DNA from: an uncultured delta proteobacterium | Lineage (GTDB): Bacteria; Desulfobacterota; Desulfobacteria; Desulfobacterales; Desulfosalsimonadaceae | Length of the DNA: 64,000 nt | Reading direction: 5' to 3' | Assembly: GCA_963826785.1 (NCBI GenBank) | Contig: CAWGYD010000011.1 | Span: 31,177-95,176, forward strand | Part shown: piece by piece, positions 39,409 to 50,775 of the stretch | Numbering within the stretch: position 1 is the first letter of the stretch | Layout: each line of letters opens with the position of its first letter | Translations under genes and position numbers: made by a program | Notes under the pieces: model-generated | What the model was told of the DNA's origin: nothing | Database searches by the model: none | The model's input: the letters and a program-made list of their open reading frames with translations, nothing else

Positions 39409-40389
39409 ATGGTCAGTCGAGGCATTCAACTTTTTTGCATCTGCGTATTCCTTTTACTTTTTGTCAGCCCGGCATCCGCCGAACTTTACAAATACGTCGA
39501 TCAAAAAGGAATTGTTCATTATACAGACACCAAATCCACTATTCCTTCCCAATACCTGCCCCAAATCGAAACGTATGAAGAATCCGCCGCCCCGGCAGAA
39601 GATATCTTTTCTTCAGATGATGAAACATCGACATCTAAAAGCGATATGACCGTTCAAAGCGCTGACGAATTTGAACAGACCGGTTTTGATGCGCCGGCAG
39701 ATGATTTCGATGATGACACCGATATGGCAGAAACATTCGACGGCGATACCGATGAAACGCAAGAAGCGGTCCCGGCAGCTGATACCGGTGAATTTGCCTA
39801 TGAGGAAGAAGCTGCGGCGGATTCGGTCTTCCAGGATGATCAAACCGCAGACATTGGCGCACCTGATGATCTCTATGATCAAAATACCGCCAACGGTGAA
39901 GCGGAGGATCGATACGAGACGCCATCCGAAACAGCTGAAATCCCGGATTCAAGCGTCATGATGCCCGATGATGCGCCCGCTGCCGCAGCCGAAGACCAGA
40001 CAGCGGAGCAGGAAGAAGATCAGCGTGATATCGGCCAGACAGCCACTCAACCCGAAGCCGCCCGGACAGAATCCGCTGATGAAGAAACCGCCGCAATCGA
40101 CGCGGATGCCGAAGCGATGGCCGACCTGAAAGCCATGCGGGAAGACCTGATGACCCGAAAGAACAAACTGCAGGCCCGGTTTGAAACATTGCTGAAGGAA
40201 AAACAGGAGCTGGAGACACTGAAAAACAGGATGGCGGACGAGGAAAGCGTTCAGGAATACAATGAGAATGTAAAAAGCCTAAACGACAAGATCAAAAGCT
40301 ACAAGGAAGATGAAAACAATCTGAAAGCGGAAATCGAGCAGTACAATCAATCCATCAGACCCGCCTCGGGCACACCGGCATTGGAATGA
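39409..40389 (+). CDS. Secreted DUF4124-domain protein with acidic linker and C-terminal coiled coil
   Basis: Signal peptide, YKYVDQKGIVHYTD, Asp/Glu/Ala/Thr-rich middle region, heptad C-terminus. Confidence 0.75.
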   Translation: MVSRGIQLFCICVFLLLFVSPASAELYKYVDQKGIVHYTDTKSTIPSQYLPQIETYEESAAPAEDIFSSDDETSTSKSDMTVQSADEFEQTGFDAPADDFDDDTDMAETFDGDTDETQEAVPAADTGEFAYEEEAAADSVFQDDQTADIGAPDDLYDQNTANGEAEDRYETPSETAEIPDSSVMMPDDAPAAAAEDQTAEQEEDQRDIGQTATQPEAARTESADEETAAIDADAEAMADLKAMREDLMTRKNKLQARFETLLKEKQELETLKNRMADEESVQEYNENVKSLNDKIKSYKEDENNLKAEIEQYNQSIRPASGTPALE

Positions 40390-41916
40390 GCGAGGGATTT
40401 CGATTTCAGATGATCCCCGCCGGACGGGATCCTTATGGCAATATCGTCAAACCACGCCGTTCCGGTGCCGGCATATAGAATCAAGTATGGCTGAACGGAT
40501 TCGATCTGCTTTTCATACTTGAAAACAGATTGGACTTTTGTCCAGCCATCCACATGTTTCGGAAAGTGAAGGCCTCTCGCCGCCCAGAGTGAAGGATCCA
40601 TCTTTAAAAGTGATGCGGTTATTTACGCAATAAACCGCCGCTTCCTGAACATCCTCTGATTTGCTCCACGCCTCCACCTGGATGCGATATGTTTCCGGAG
40701 GCACTGCAATTTTCCGCCCCTGCCATTTGATCTGGTTGCCGCTGGTATTGACTAATTTCATTGAACATTTACCGGTATGCGCAGAATTACAATCTACTTC
40801 AGCGATTCCCCTGTCCTCTTTATCCTTTCTAACCCTCACCACAGCGGTCCAATCCGGCAATATAGCGCCATTCACCAATTCCGCATCCCCGTTCTGGCAG
40901 ATGTTGAGAAATGAGGGTCCTGTCGTTTTCGGCAAAATCGGTGAAAAATGACCATCACACCTTTCCTTCCATTCATGAAACTTAGGATTTTCTTCGAGAA
41001 ATGAAATGAGGGTATCCGTCCGTAAACTCACCCCTGCTTGATTTAAGTGATACACCGTATCAAACAAGATAATTGTCAGGCACGAAGAAATTGTCTGGCC
41101 GACCCAGAATTTCAATATTTAAACCAGAGAAATACGCGATTATACCCTTAATGAAAGGATGACCCATTCTATATCCATTGAAAGGCAAAGTGCCCGGCCA
41201 GGTCATCATGACCTCGATATCATTTGATTTGCACCATTGAATAAATTGGCTGATTTTTTGCGGAACATAATTCTCAGGCCTGAATACATTCGGAACATAC
41301 ACCGGCCTTTTTGTTATTTTTGCAACCGATGTTGTTGACTTCATCCCCATTTCGATTCAGCTTGGAAATTTCCGTTCTTAAAAAATGTCTCTTATGTTCA
41401 ACCAAATTTTAGTTTTTATGATTTTCCACGGGTGGGCATATGTTTTCAGAATCTCAAATTCTTCTTTAAAGGGCAGGTGTTTAATAATACATTCTTATCA
41501 TAATTCACAATATAATCTGCTTTTGTTCGCGTCATGATATCATCACAAAAATAAAGTTGATATTCCGGCGCCATGATGACCAGGTCACCAGGGTTCAAAT
41601 TTTTCGTGGATTCATAAAAATATAGATCGGTGAGATCAGCATGTGAGTGAAAATTTACCGTGGGGATTTTAAAATGATCTTCAATTTGCGCGGCGCTGAT
41701 CCCATAGTGTCCGCTGCTTCCGGCGACAATGACGATTTTCGGGCCGCTGATCGAACGGGCATAGGCCTGTTTTTTCTGATAAATATAATCCACCCACATG
41801 GTGTCCGGGGCCGGATCGAAATAAAACGTGAACACCCATAGAATGGATAGGATGTGGGAGAGAAAAAAGGCGCCGATAATGAATAGCGCATATTGTTTGA
41901 ATTTCCTTGAAGCCAT
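40347..41916 (-). pseudogene. DltD/SGNH-like MBOAT partner with C-terminal carbohydrate-binding-like domain; several frameshifts (probably sequencing errors)
   Basis: Fragments 41446..41916 (TM, KIVIVAGSSGHYG, MAPEY), 41060..41350, 40513..41115 (FDTVYHLN; beta-sandwich ...NGDAE...YRIQVEAWSK) and 40347..40601 (GTAWFDDI). Confidence 0.6.
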
Positions 41917-41931
41917 CAGCCGATTGCCGTA

Positions 41932-43369
41932 TCAGAAATTAAAATAAAGAAATTCACTGGGCTGTTGAATATCCGGCATTCCCATCAGCAAAAGGATCAG
42001 GGCTGCCAGCGCCCACTTGAACGCGGGTTGAGAATTTTGTATCAACTGATTGGAATTTTTCAAAACCACTGCAACGAAGGTGAAGACGATAATCCAGGGA
42101 AGCATGTCATTCAGATGTCCTCCCGGAATCAGACCGGAGACGTGGCCCAGGTTCCGCAGGTGTTCAAATGAAAAGAATTCACCGATGGAAAGCATTCCCT
42201 TCAAAACCTTGGCGGCCGAGGTAAAATCTCTGGCCCTGAAAAAAACCCAGGCGAAGTTGACGAACAAAAAGGTCAGCGGCCCGGCCAGGTATGCAGGCAT
42301 TTTAAACCCCCTGCCCGACCAGATGCGATGAACAACCGCGGCCATACCGTGCAGCGCTCCCCAGATGACAAAGGTCCAGCCCGCACCATGCCAGAGACCG
42401 CCCAGCAGGAACGTAATCATCAGATTGCGATAGACGTGCATTTCAGAGCAGCGGCTCCCCCCGAGCGGAATAAACAGATAATCCCGAAGCCATCGTGACA
42501 GGGTCATGTGCCATCGCCGCCAGAAATCCTGGATGTTGAGCGCTTTATATGGGGAATTGAAATTGATGGGCAAATGGATATTGAAGAACAGGGCCGACCC
42601 GATGGCCATATCCGTGTATCCTGAAAAATCATAGTAGATCTGCAGCGTAAAACTCAAACTGGATATCCAGGCTTCGGCAAAATTCAAGACCGACGCGTTG
42701 TCGAAGCCGGCACTCGCCCACACGGCAAACGTATCGGCAATGAAAATTTTTTTAAACAGCCCCATGGAAAAAATCAGCAGACCCGCATAGATGTTCTGCC
42801 AGTTGACCCGTTTTGCTTCCGGGTCGATGAACTGCCCCATCATTTCCCGGTGATGCACGATGGGACCGGCGATCAGCTGAGGGAAAAAGGTAACGAAAAG
42901 CACATATTTTAAAAAGCGGTATTCCTTTGCCGTCCCGCGTATAACTGTCCACCAGGTAAGCGACCTGCTGGAAAGTGAAAAAGGAAATGGCCAGCGGCAG
43001 TGCAATCGCCAGAAGGGAAAAGTCGGTTCCGGCCACACGATTCAAATTTCCGATCAGAAAATCCATATATTTGAAAAAGGCCAGCAATCCTATATTGGCC
43101 ATGATGCCGAAAATGAGCAGCGCTTTTCGCGCAAAAGACGCCGGCTGGAGGCGGACTGGAGTGAGTGCCCGCCCGATCAGAAAATTAAACCCGATTGACC
43201 CGACAATCAGGGGTAGATAACGCCAGTTCCACCACGAGTAGAAAAACAGGCTCGCGCCCACCAGAAAAATATCCGGAATCGCCGGATACCGAAGCCGGTT
43301 GAGCAGAAAAAACAGGATTACGGTTATCGGCAGGAATAAAAATATGTAAATATGGGAATTAAAAAGCAT
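41932..43369 (-). CDS. MBOAT O-acyltransferase (AlgI/DltB-like); one frameshift near 42935
   Basis: MLFNS, LPLAISFFTFQQ, FFPQLIAGPI, YDFSGYTDMA, FWRRWHMTLS, GLWHGA, FLYFNF. Confidence 0.92.
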
Positions 43370-43379
43370 CTGCACCCAA

Positions 43380-44534
43380 TCAGGCGGAGTGTTTGCGCGG
43401 AGGGTGCGGATTGAGGTGCATGGCAAGCTGGGCATTGAGTTCTTCGATCAACTCCAGCCGCTCCCGGCAGGCCCCGCTCAGGGTCTCTATCTCCCTACCC
43501 TGTATCTCGCAGAGGTTCTGTAATTCCCTCGCCGCCTGGGAAAGGCGGTTAATTTCATTTTCTTTATCAAGAACTTCGGCCGCCATTTCATCGCACAATT
43601 TTTTCCGCTCATCAGCGGCCCTGCTCAGCACTGAAATATTCTCAGCCGTCACTCGCCGCTCCTCTTCCATTTTGACGGTCAGAATATTAATTTCCGTCTG
43701 GAGTTCGACTGCTTCGCCAACAGATATTTTGCCTTGCGCGTTTTCGCCCGTTTCGCGGATTTCCGGCAGACCGTCAAACCAGACGGTCGATGCTTCATAT
43801 CCGAGCCGAACCAGCAGCCCGGGATAGAGCATCTCAAAAAAACGGCCCGATATCTGATCGAAATGATTTCGCCAATCCCCTGCCACGCCTTTCCGGTAAT
43901 GGCTGGACGGATTCTCTTCGCCGGGCGTCCGACCGCTGAGCCGCTGAAAGGAAAAATCAGCCACCACCTTTTCCATCTGATCAGCACTCCATCCGAGGAA
44001 ACGGGCCATTTTCGTGAATTCTCCCGGCTGGTCCGCAATCATGTGTTCATACCGGGTAACATATGCATTTCTTACATCTCCCCCTCTTGAAGGCGTCCAT
44101 GAATCATAGGCGGCCGCCCACATGTGGAATCGCATGATTGCCAGCGCCAGGCGTGATCGATCGGGAAGGGAGAGCATTACCCGCCGCCAGAGCCGGGTGG
44201 CGGAATTTGCGCCATGACTGTAGCACTGGGCATACATCCAGGATATCAGCATGTCCCTCGGGTCCCGAAGAATCACTACAGCCCTGTCCTGTTCGCTGGA
44301 CACCTGCTGCCACAGCAGAGAGGACACATTATAAACAGGGGCCAAAAAGCTTCCGTCGGCCGCATCTTTCCACTGAGAACGCCACTTTTGAATATTTTCA
44401 AATGGTTCTACCAAAAAAAAACCATTCAGCCCGGCGATGCGCGGATCGGAAAGAATCCCGCACGCCCACTGACTGCCGGCTTTGGGCATGGTCAACAAGG
44501 CGGTTTTATAAATCTGCATGCATTTCCCAATCAT
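43380..44534 (-). CDS. PAPS-dependent sulfotransferase with C-terminal coiled coil
   Basis: MPKAGSQW, RDPRDMLIS, RYE, YRKGVAGDWRNHF, then about 100 aa of heptad repeats. Confidence 0.88.
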   Translation of the reverse strand: MIGKCMQIYKTALLTMPKAGSQWACGILSDPRIAGLNGFFLVEPFENIQKWRSQWKDAADGSFLAPVYNVSSLLWQQVSSEQDRAVVILRDPRDMLISWMYAQCYSHGANSATRLWRRVMLSLPDRSRLALAIMRFHMWAAAYDSWTPSRGGDVRNAYVTRYEHMIADQPGEFTKMARFLGWSADQMEKVVADFSFQRLSGRTPGEENPSSHYRKGVAGDWRNHFDQISGRFFEMLYPGLLVRLGYEASTVWFDGLPEIRETGENAQGKISVGEAVELQTEINILTVKMEEERRVTAENISVLSRAADERKKLCDEMAAEVLDKENEINRLSQAARELQNLCEIQGREIETLSGACRERLELIEELNAQLAMHLNPHPPRKHSA

Positions 44535-44556
44535 CTGTTAAAAAGACTCTGTCGCC

Positions 44557-45306
44557 CTAAATACCCCAATTCATGTCTTTTTCATATCCAGTCTGAATCA
44601 GCACCGGACCGAACCGCTCTTTAAAGGCCTCGACCAGCTTCCGGTCGAAATAATTTTTCCAGTCGCCGATGATGCCCTTGCGATGATGAGAGTTCACATC
44701 TTCCTCCCCACGCTTCCGCCCGGTATGACTGGAGAAGGAGTGGGCCGAAACAGCTGCATTCAATGCATTTTTGTCCACGTCAATACCGCAGTATGAAAAA
44801 ATTCTTTTGAAGCAGCCGTAGGCATTCCGGTTGAGGTCTTCATATCGAACCAGCAGATGATCGGTATTGATCCATGACGTCTGAATTTCGGCGGATACAT
44901 GGAGCCGCAGCTCCATCAGGTGGAGCATCCCCTCCGACAATTCCATTTGTTTCAGCTTCTCCCTGAGCTCCTGCTGGGTGCCGTTTACAATTTCATGGCT
45001 GTTCCGGACACTGAAATACTGCGATACCAGGGTATCTCGAAGATCCCGGATAATGATAAACATACGTCGCTTTTTCGGGGGATTCGATGCCAGAAAAGTA
45101 TGACGGGGAAGATACACGCACGGATAGATCATTTCCGGAGTAATGGGTTGGCCGGTCACATGGCTGGCCCCCACCTGGGGAGTGATGATCCGGTGACCTG
45201 CGATTTCGGTCAATACGGCCAGCACCCACTGGGACCCTGCTTTGTAATGGGTAATGTGAAAAACCGTCTGAGGATGTTTTGTAAACTTAAACCATTGCTG
45301 CAACAA
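44557..45306 (-). CDS. PAPS-dependent sulfotransferase (Sulfotransfer_1-like)
   Basis: HYKAGSQW, RDLRDTLVS, RYEDL, HRKGIIGDWKNYF. Confidence 0.9.
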   Translation of the reverse strand: MLQQWFKFTKHPQTVFHITHYKAGSQWVLAVLTEIAGHRIITPQVGASHVTGQPITPEMIYPCVYLPRHTFLASNPPKKRRMFIIIRDLRDTLVSQYFSVRNSHEIVNGTQQELREKLKQMELSEGMLHLMELRLHVSAEIQTSWINTDHLLVRYEDLNRNAYGCFKRIFSYCGIDVDKNALNAAVSAHSFSSHTGRKRGEEDVNSHHRKGIIGDWKNYFDRKLVEAFKERFGPVLIQTGYEKDMNWGI

Positions 45307-45342
45307 AATATAAAAATTCCTGTATCAAAATAAATTAAAAAT

Positions 45343-46233
45343 TCACCAATTCAGATCCTGTTCATACCCCATGTCAATTAGCAGGCGGCCGGCATGGGCT
45401 TTGAACAGAGATTTATGCTTTTCTGTAAATCGGCTGCGCCACCTGCCGATCATTCCGGCATTGAAAGTGTAGGTTCCGCCGAAAAGGGAATCGCAAATAG
45501 ACTCGACCTGTGCTTTCTGAAACTGGACACCGAGAAATTCCGCCAATCTCATCAAGACAGAAATTTGCATACTTCGGCTTCCGCCCCCTCTTTCGCCGAT
45601 CAGGTCTTCAAATCGTACCAGAAAGGCTTCGCCTTCCGTCTTCCACTTAATATGACCCATGATCAATTCGGATATGGGAGGCTGCCTCCGGGTTCCGGTG
45701 GCGTCTGCCCCGACCCCTTCAATCCCGCAGGAGATACGGTAATCGACATCCGTGTTTCTGAAAAAAGGGTGCAGCAGATGGCTCTTCTCTGAGGCGATAT
45801 AATCCGCCCAGGAGAGGACGACATCTCTCGGGTCTCTGACCATGAGCAGAATCTTGTACTTCATCCCCTTCAGAGCGGCATCGATTTTTCGATGATATTT
45901 CATGTGTGCGGTTATAAATTGGCCGGGCGGCACGGATTTCAGCAGCCGTTCGATATAAATGAAATCCTGCTGAATATGAATATCCTCACGTCCTTCTACC
46001 GGAAAATCTACGCCCTCATCTACGAATTCAGCCAGCTTTTTGCGCTCCAAGTGAGCGCCGCTATGTCCGACCCCCGGCAGCCCGATCAATGCCTTTGATA
46101 ACAGGTGGGTGCCGGATTTAGGCATTGAATTCAAAAAAATAGGGTGCTTCATCCCCGGCAAGGAGGTATTTGCGGCTGATTCCGGTTCTGCAGGAGGCGA
46201 GGGAATAAATCGTCTTAAAAAACTCAGTTTCAT
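45343..46233 (-). CDS. PAPS-dependent sulfotransferase
   Basis: MPKSGTHLL, RDPRDVVLS, RFEDL, GMIGRWRSRF. Confidence 0.9.
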   Translation of the reverse strand: MKLSFLRRFIPSPPAEPESAANTSLPGMKHPIFLNSMPKSGTHLLSKALIGLPGVGHSGAHLERKKLAEFVDEGVDFPVEGREDIHIQQDFIYIERLLKSVPPGQFITAHMKYHRKIDAALKGMKYKILLMVRDPRDVVLSWADYIASEKSHLLHPFFRNTDVDYRISCGIEGVGADATGTRRQPPISELIMGHIKWKTEGEAFLVRFEDLIGERGGGSRSMQISVLMRLAEFLGVQFQKAQVESICDSLFGGTYTFNAGMIGRWRSRFTEKHKSLFKAHAGRLLIDMGYEQDLNW

Positions 46234-46244
46234 TTTTAGTTCAA

Positions 46245-47009
46245 CTATGATGCCGGTCTGGTTTTGTTATACAATTTTAATCCTTGAGCCACATCGCCAT
46301 CATAAATGAGGCTTCCTTTTTCCAGCACGGTGGCCCGGTCGCAGAACTGCTGAACAATCAAGGGGCTGTGTGATACCAGCAGCAAGGACATGCCGCTCTC
46401 CGATTAGAGCCCGGACATGAACCAGGCACTTTTTTTTGAATTCCGCATCCCCCACATTGATGGCTTCGTCCACAATCAGGATATCCGGTTCAATGCAGGA
46501 ATAAACGGCAAATGCCAGACGGGCAAGCATCCCACTGGAATATGTTCTTACCGGTTTGTCAAAAAACATGTCCGATATCGGCAAATTCCACTGATGTGAT
46601 TCATCTGCGCCTGATGTCGAAGTTTCCAACGCCCATGAGCGCACCCAGCACATATACATTTTCCCTCCCCGAAAAATCCTGTTTGAAACCGCTTCCCATC
46701 GTCATGATGGCACCTACCCGGCCACGGATGTAAACATCGCCTGAGGTGGGGGTCAGGGTTCCGGCAGAATATACAGCAGGGTGCTCTTTCCAGCCCCATT
46801 ATGCCCCAATATTCCGAGTGATCCTCCTCTTTTAAGATTGAAACTGACGTCTTTCAGCGCCCAGAATTCCTCAAAATATTTTCGTTCCGAAAAATCTGCT
46901 GTTTCAGCCGGTCCCGGGGAGAATTGTACATGCGGATACATCTTGGACAGATGCTGGATTGAAACGGCCAGATCGGATTTGACGAATGTGTCATATGTAT
47001 GGTCGGCAT
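46245..47009 (-). pseudogene. wzt: Polysaccharide ABC exporter ATPase Wzt, no C-terminal CBM; several frameshifts (probably errors)
   Basis: FWALKDVSF, GHNGAGKSTLL, PVRTYSSGMLARL, LIVDEA, LLVSH; TAG stop at 46245-46247. Confidence 0.85.
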
Positions 47010-47889
47010 TATACAACATCTGAAAAATCTTTTTTGTAGTACATGAAAACGGCGTATCCGGTCAGCATCAGCAGAAATGAGAACGGCAGGTTGACAAACC
47101 AACCAGAACCAGTCCGGCGATGTGCCCATCAGAACGATGCGGCGGGTGTCTTCAACGATGCTGGCAAGGATATTGATCCTCACCATCCACTCCCATTATC
47201 CGGTATCATCTGCATCAGCCGGTCAAGAGGAAAAATGATGGCCGACAGCAGAAACATCATCTGAATCAGCGTCTGCATCAGGTTGTCAATATCGCGGCTG
47301 AATACCCCGAAGGCGGCGAGCATCCAGGAAATTCCCGTCACCAGAAATACCAGGGGAAGAAATACCAGAGGGAGATAGATGCAGTGTCGAGTGTACGGAC
47401 CCTTTGGAGATCAGTTCCAAGCGATCAGAACCCCCAGGCCGATCAACGAATGCACCATCGCCACGCCGATAGCCGTCACCGGAATAATTTCCAGTGGAAA
47501 TACGATATTTTTCACATAGGATCTTATTGATCCACATCAGCCGGGGGCTTTTCCGACCGATTCGGCAAATACATTGAATACGATAAAACCGCAATATATC
47601 ATCATTCCCACTTCGAGATTCGAATCAAGCCCCCATACCGCGTTCCTGCCGCCCAGCAGAACGGCAAACACCACAGCATACACCCAAAATCTCAGCAGGG
47701 GGACAATGATCGTCCAAAGCATACCCAATGCCGAACCCCGGTACCGGTCATTCACCTCCCACCAGACGAACCGATACATCAGATCACGGGATCGGGACAG
47801 TTGCTCGAGCAGGTGTCTCGGATCTCATATACCGGCTGAATTTTGTTTCGGATAACTGCGGAGATATGGTTAATCTCAGATTTCGTCAT
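47009..47889 (-). pseudogene. wzm: Polysaccharide ABC exporter permease Wzm; several frameshifts (probably errors)
   Basis: RYRGSALGMLW, YVKNIVFP-like segment, TAATG coupling to wzt. Confidence 0.8.
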
Positions 47890-47918
47890 GATGATACCAG
47901 TATAAATTAAAGAAAGCG

Positions 47919-49764
47919 TTAAGGTCCGATCGTCAGACGCATCTGGGAAACCATGGTATCGGCTCCCATTCTCTGGCATAATTTCTGGATATCCTTTCTG
48001 GTTTCCGGTCCATTGATCTTAAATGATACGATTATTTCTTTAATCCGATCTTTCCGGATAATTTCCTCCAGGCGATCCCTGCCGCCCAGAACCGGATACC
48101 CGTGAATCCGTTTACCGATTTTAACGGGGTTGTCATCGATAAAACCGATGACGCACAATCCAAGTCCGCCATTGGTTTCAATTTCACGTACCACCATGTG
48201 CCCCCCTACGCCGGCGCCATATATCAGGGCGGGTTTTCTGCCGTTCCGGTTTCCGCGGCTGACCCACTCATCCACAATCCGGAAAAAAAACCGGGAGAAC
48301 GAAATGAAAATCAGCATCACCAGCCAGTAAATTACAAATACCGCCCGGGAAAAACTCTGAAACCGATATATGAACAGCAGAACCATCATGGACAAAACCG
48401 TTCCGGCGGTCACCGCTTTGATGTAGACGGCCAGGTCGCCCAACCGTGATCCCCACCACAACCGCTGGTATACGCCTGTAAGAAAAAAACACAGGATTTG
48501 GCAGGCATAGATGATCGGCAGGGACCTTAGGAAAAAATTGAAGTTAGGCCCCATTTCCCCTTCAAACCGCAAAAGATAGGCGGTGTAGTATGCGATCGTG
48601 ATGAGAATGAGATCAAACAAGGTGGACAAAACAATCCGCCAGTGCTCCGCCTGGGCAATCACGGGTACATAGAACCCGTTTTTGCGGCCGTTCATATTTG
48701 GATCTGCATTGTAGACTTCCACGTTGGCCAGATACATCCAGAACAGCAGAACAAAAATCAGGTAAATCAATCAGAATCACACTGCTGATTCGGATATCCG
48801 CGGGTTGGATTCCGAGTGCGATGCTGCCGGAAACAGCGGCAAATAAATACAGGATCAGCACCGCCTTTCTTTCGGAAAAGCCCACGGCCACCATCCGGTG
48901 GGATGAATGATCGCACCCTCCCTGGAAAACCGATCGGGAAAAGAGCTTGCGCATGAAACTGACAAATGCAGTGTCCAGAATGGGAATAAACAGAATAAGG
49001 CAGGGAACGGCGATTACGGACAATTGGTTGAAGACGGTCATTCCCCCGGCATCGACCGGGCGGTCCGAAATGGTCATGCAGGCGATCATAAACCCGATAA
49101 ACAGGCTTCCGGCATCTCCCATGAAAATGGATGCCGGATTGAAGTTGTAGATTAAAAAGCCCAGAATTCCGCCCAGATAGACGGAAAGCATCAGCAGGAT
49201 GGGGCCGGTGGTCATCTGGGCGCCGGGTGTGGCCGCAAGCCACCAAAAAAGAAAAAATCCTGAAATACATGCAATTCCGGCTGAAAGGCCGTCCATGTTG
49301 TCCAGCAGGTTGAAGGCGTTGGTGATTCCAACGATCCAGAAAATGCTGATCAGCAGATCCGCTGTTCCATAGGAAAACCATCCGACATGAAATCCGAAAA
49401 CCGCCAGAACCGAAGCCACTATCACCTGTCCGATCAGTTTGGCCTGGGGTGGAATATCTTTTATGTCATCGGCAAGCCCCAACAGGAAGATGGCAGCACC
49501 GCCTGCGGCCACCGGCAAAAGGGGATAGACCCATCGCGAATATTGCCCCGAAAGGATCGCAATCGCCTGCCAGGCAAGCATCGTGCTCAGAAAAATGCCC
49601 ACTCCGCCGAACAGGCCCACCGGATGCTTGTGCCACCGGTCATTTCTCGGATGACATACAAATTGATGCCGGACGGCAAACCATCGCACCATGGGGGTCA
49701 ATACAAGCGACAGGGCGAATGCGAGGAAAAAAGCGATCAAGTATATCAAGGCGTGGGTGATCAT
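47919..49764 (-). CDS. WecA/MraY-family polyprenyl-phosphate sugar-1-P transferase fused to a CoA-binding-like domain; one frameshift near 48768
   Basis: GLADD, NAFNLLDNMDGL, IFMGDAGS, DHSSHR, then IYGAGVGG and GFIDDNP in ORF 47919..48770. Confidence 0.85.
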
Positions 49765-49769
49765 TTAAA

Positions 49770-50738
49770 TTACAGGTAGTAATCGATGACGCTCTGCACA
49801 ATGGATTTCAGATCGTTTTCAGCCACATATCCGATCAACTGCTTGAGCTTGGTCAGGTCGGGGGAACGTCGCTGCATGTCCTCAAAACCGGGGCCATATG
49901 CCCTTTCATAATCGAGATACTCGATCTCGGAGCCGCTCTGGGTCATTTCCTTGACCATCCGGGCAAGATCATTGATGGTAATTTCCTCTTCATTGCCCAC
50001 ATTGACGATCTGCCCCACCGCACTGGGCTCATCCATAAGCAGCACCATTGCCTTGATCACATCGGCGACATGGGTGAAACTCCTGGACTGGGTGCCATCG
50101 CCATAAATAATGATGGGTTTTCCGATCAGGGCCTTTTGAACGAAATTCGGGAGAACCATTCCATATTGCCCCGTCTGCCGGGGGCCGACGGTATTGAACA
50201 GGCGGGCAATAATCACCGGCAGTTTCTTTTCCTGGTAATATGCCAGGGCCAGAAACTCATCAAATGCCTTGGAACAGGCGTAAGCCCATCGCCGCTTGGT
50301 GGTCGCCCCCATCAGCCTGTCGGCGTCCTCCTTGAGCGGCGTCTGGTTCTTCCCGTTCATGATCTTCCCGTAAACCTCGCTGGTAGAGGCGATCAGTACC
50401 TTCTTTTTATAGCGGTTAGCGGTGGCCAGCACCATTTCCGTTCCCTTGGCGTTGGTTTCGAGCGTTTCCACCGGCCGGTTCATGATCAATTTAACGCCCA
50501 CGGCTGCCGCGAGGTGATAAATCTGGTCGCATTGTGAGACCATTTCCGTCATTAAATTTTCATTTAGAATTGTATCAACGACTAAATGAAATTTATCATT
50601 CCCCTGGTGTTTGCGAATATTTTTCATGCTCCCGGTGCTCAGGTCATCCACCACGAAAACTTCGCAATTTTTCGCGATCAGTGCATCCACCAGATGCGAG
50701 CCGATAAATCCGGCTCCTCCTGTAATCAATATTTTCAT
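49770..50738 (-). CDS. NAD-dependent nucleotide-sugar epimerase/dehydratase (extended SDR)
   Basis: TGGAGFIGSH, STSEVYG, YACSK, RLFNTVGPRQ. Confidence 0.92.
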   Translation of the reverse strand: MKILITGGAGFIGSHLVDALIAKNCEVFVVDDLSTGSMKNIRKHQGNDKFHLVVDTILNENLMTEMVSQCDQIYHLAAAVGVKLIMNRPVETLETNAKGTEMVLATANRYKKKVLIASTSEVYGKIMNGKNQTPLKEDADRLMGATTKRRWAYACSKAFDEFLALAYYQEKKLPVIIARLFNTVGPRQTGQYGMVLPNFVQKALIGKPIIIYGDGTQSRSFTHVADVIKAMVLLMDEPSAVGQIVNVGNEEEITINDLARMVKEMTQSGSEIEYLDYERAYGPGFEDMQRRSPDLTKLKQLIGYVAENDLKSIVQSVIDYYL

Positions 50739-50775
50739 ATAATCGGCCTTGCTGCTTCGCCCGATACGGGCATTT

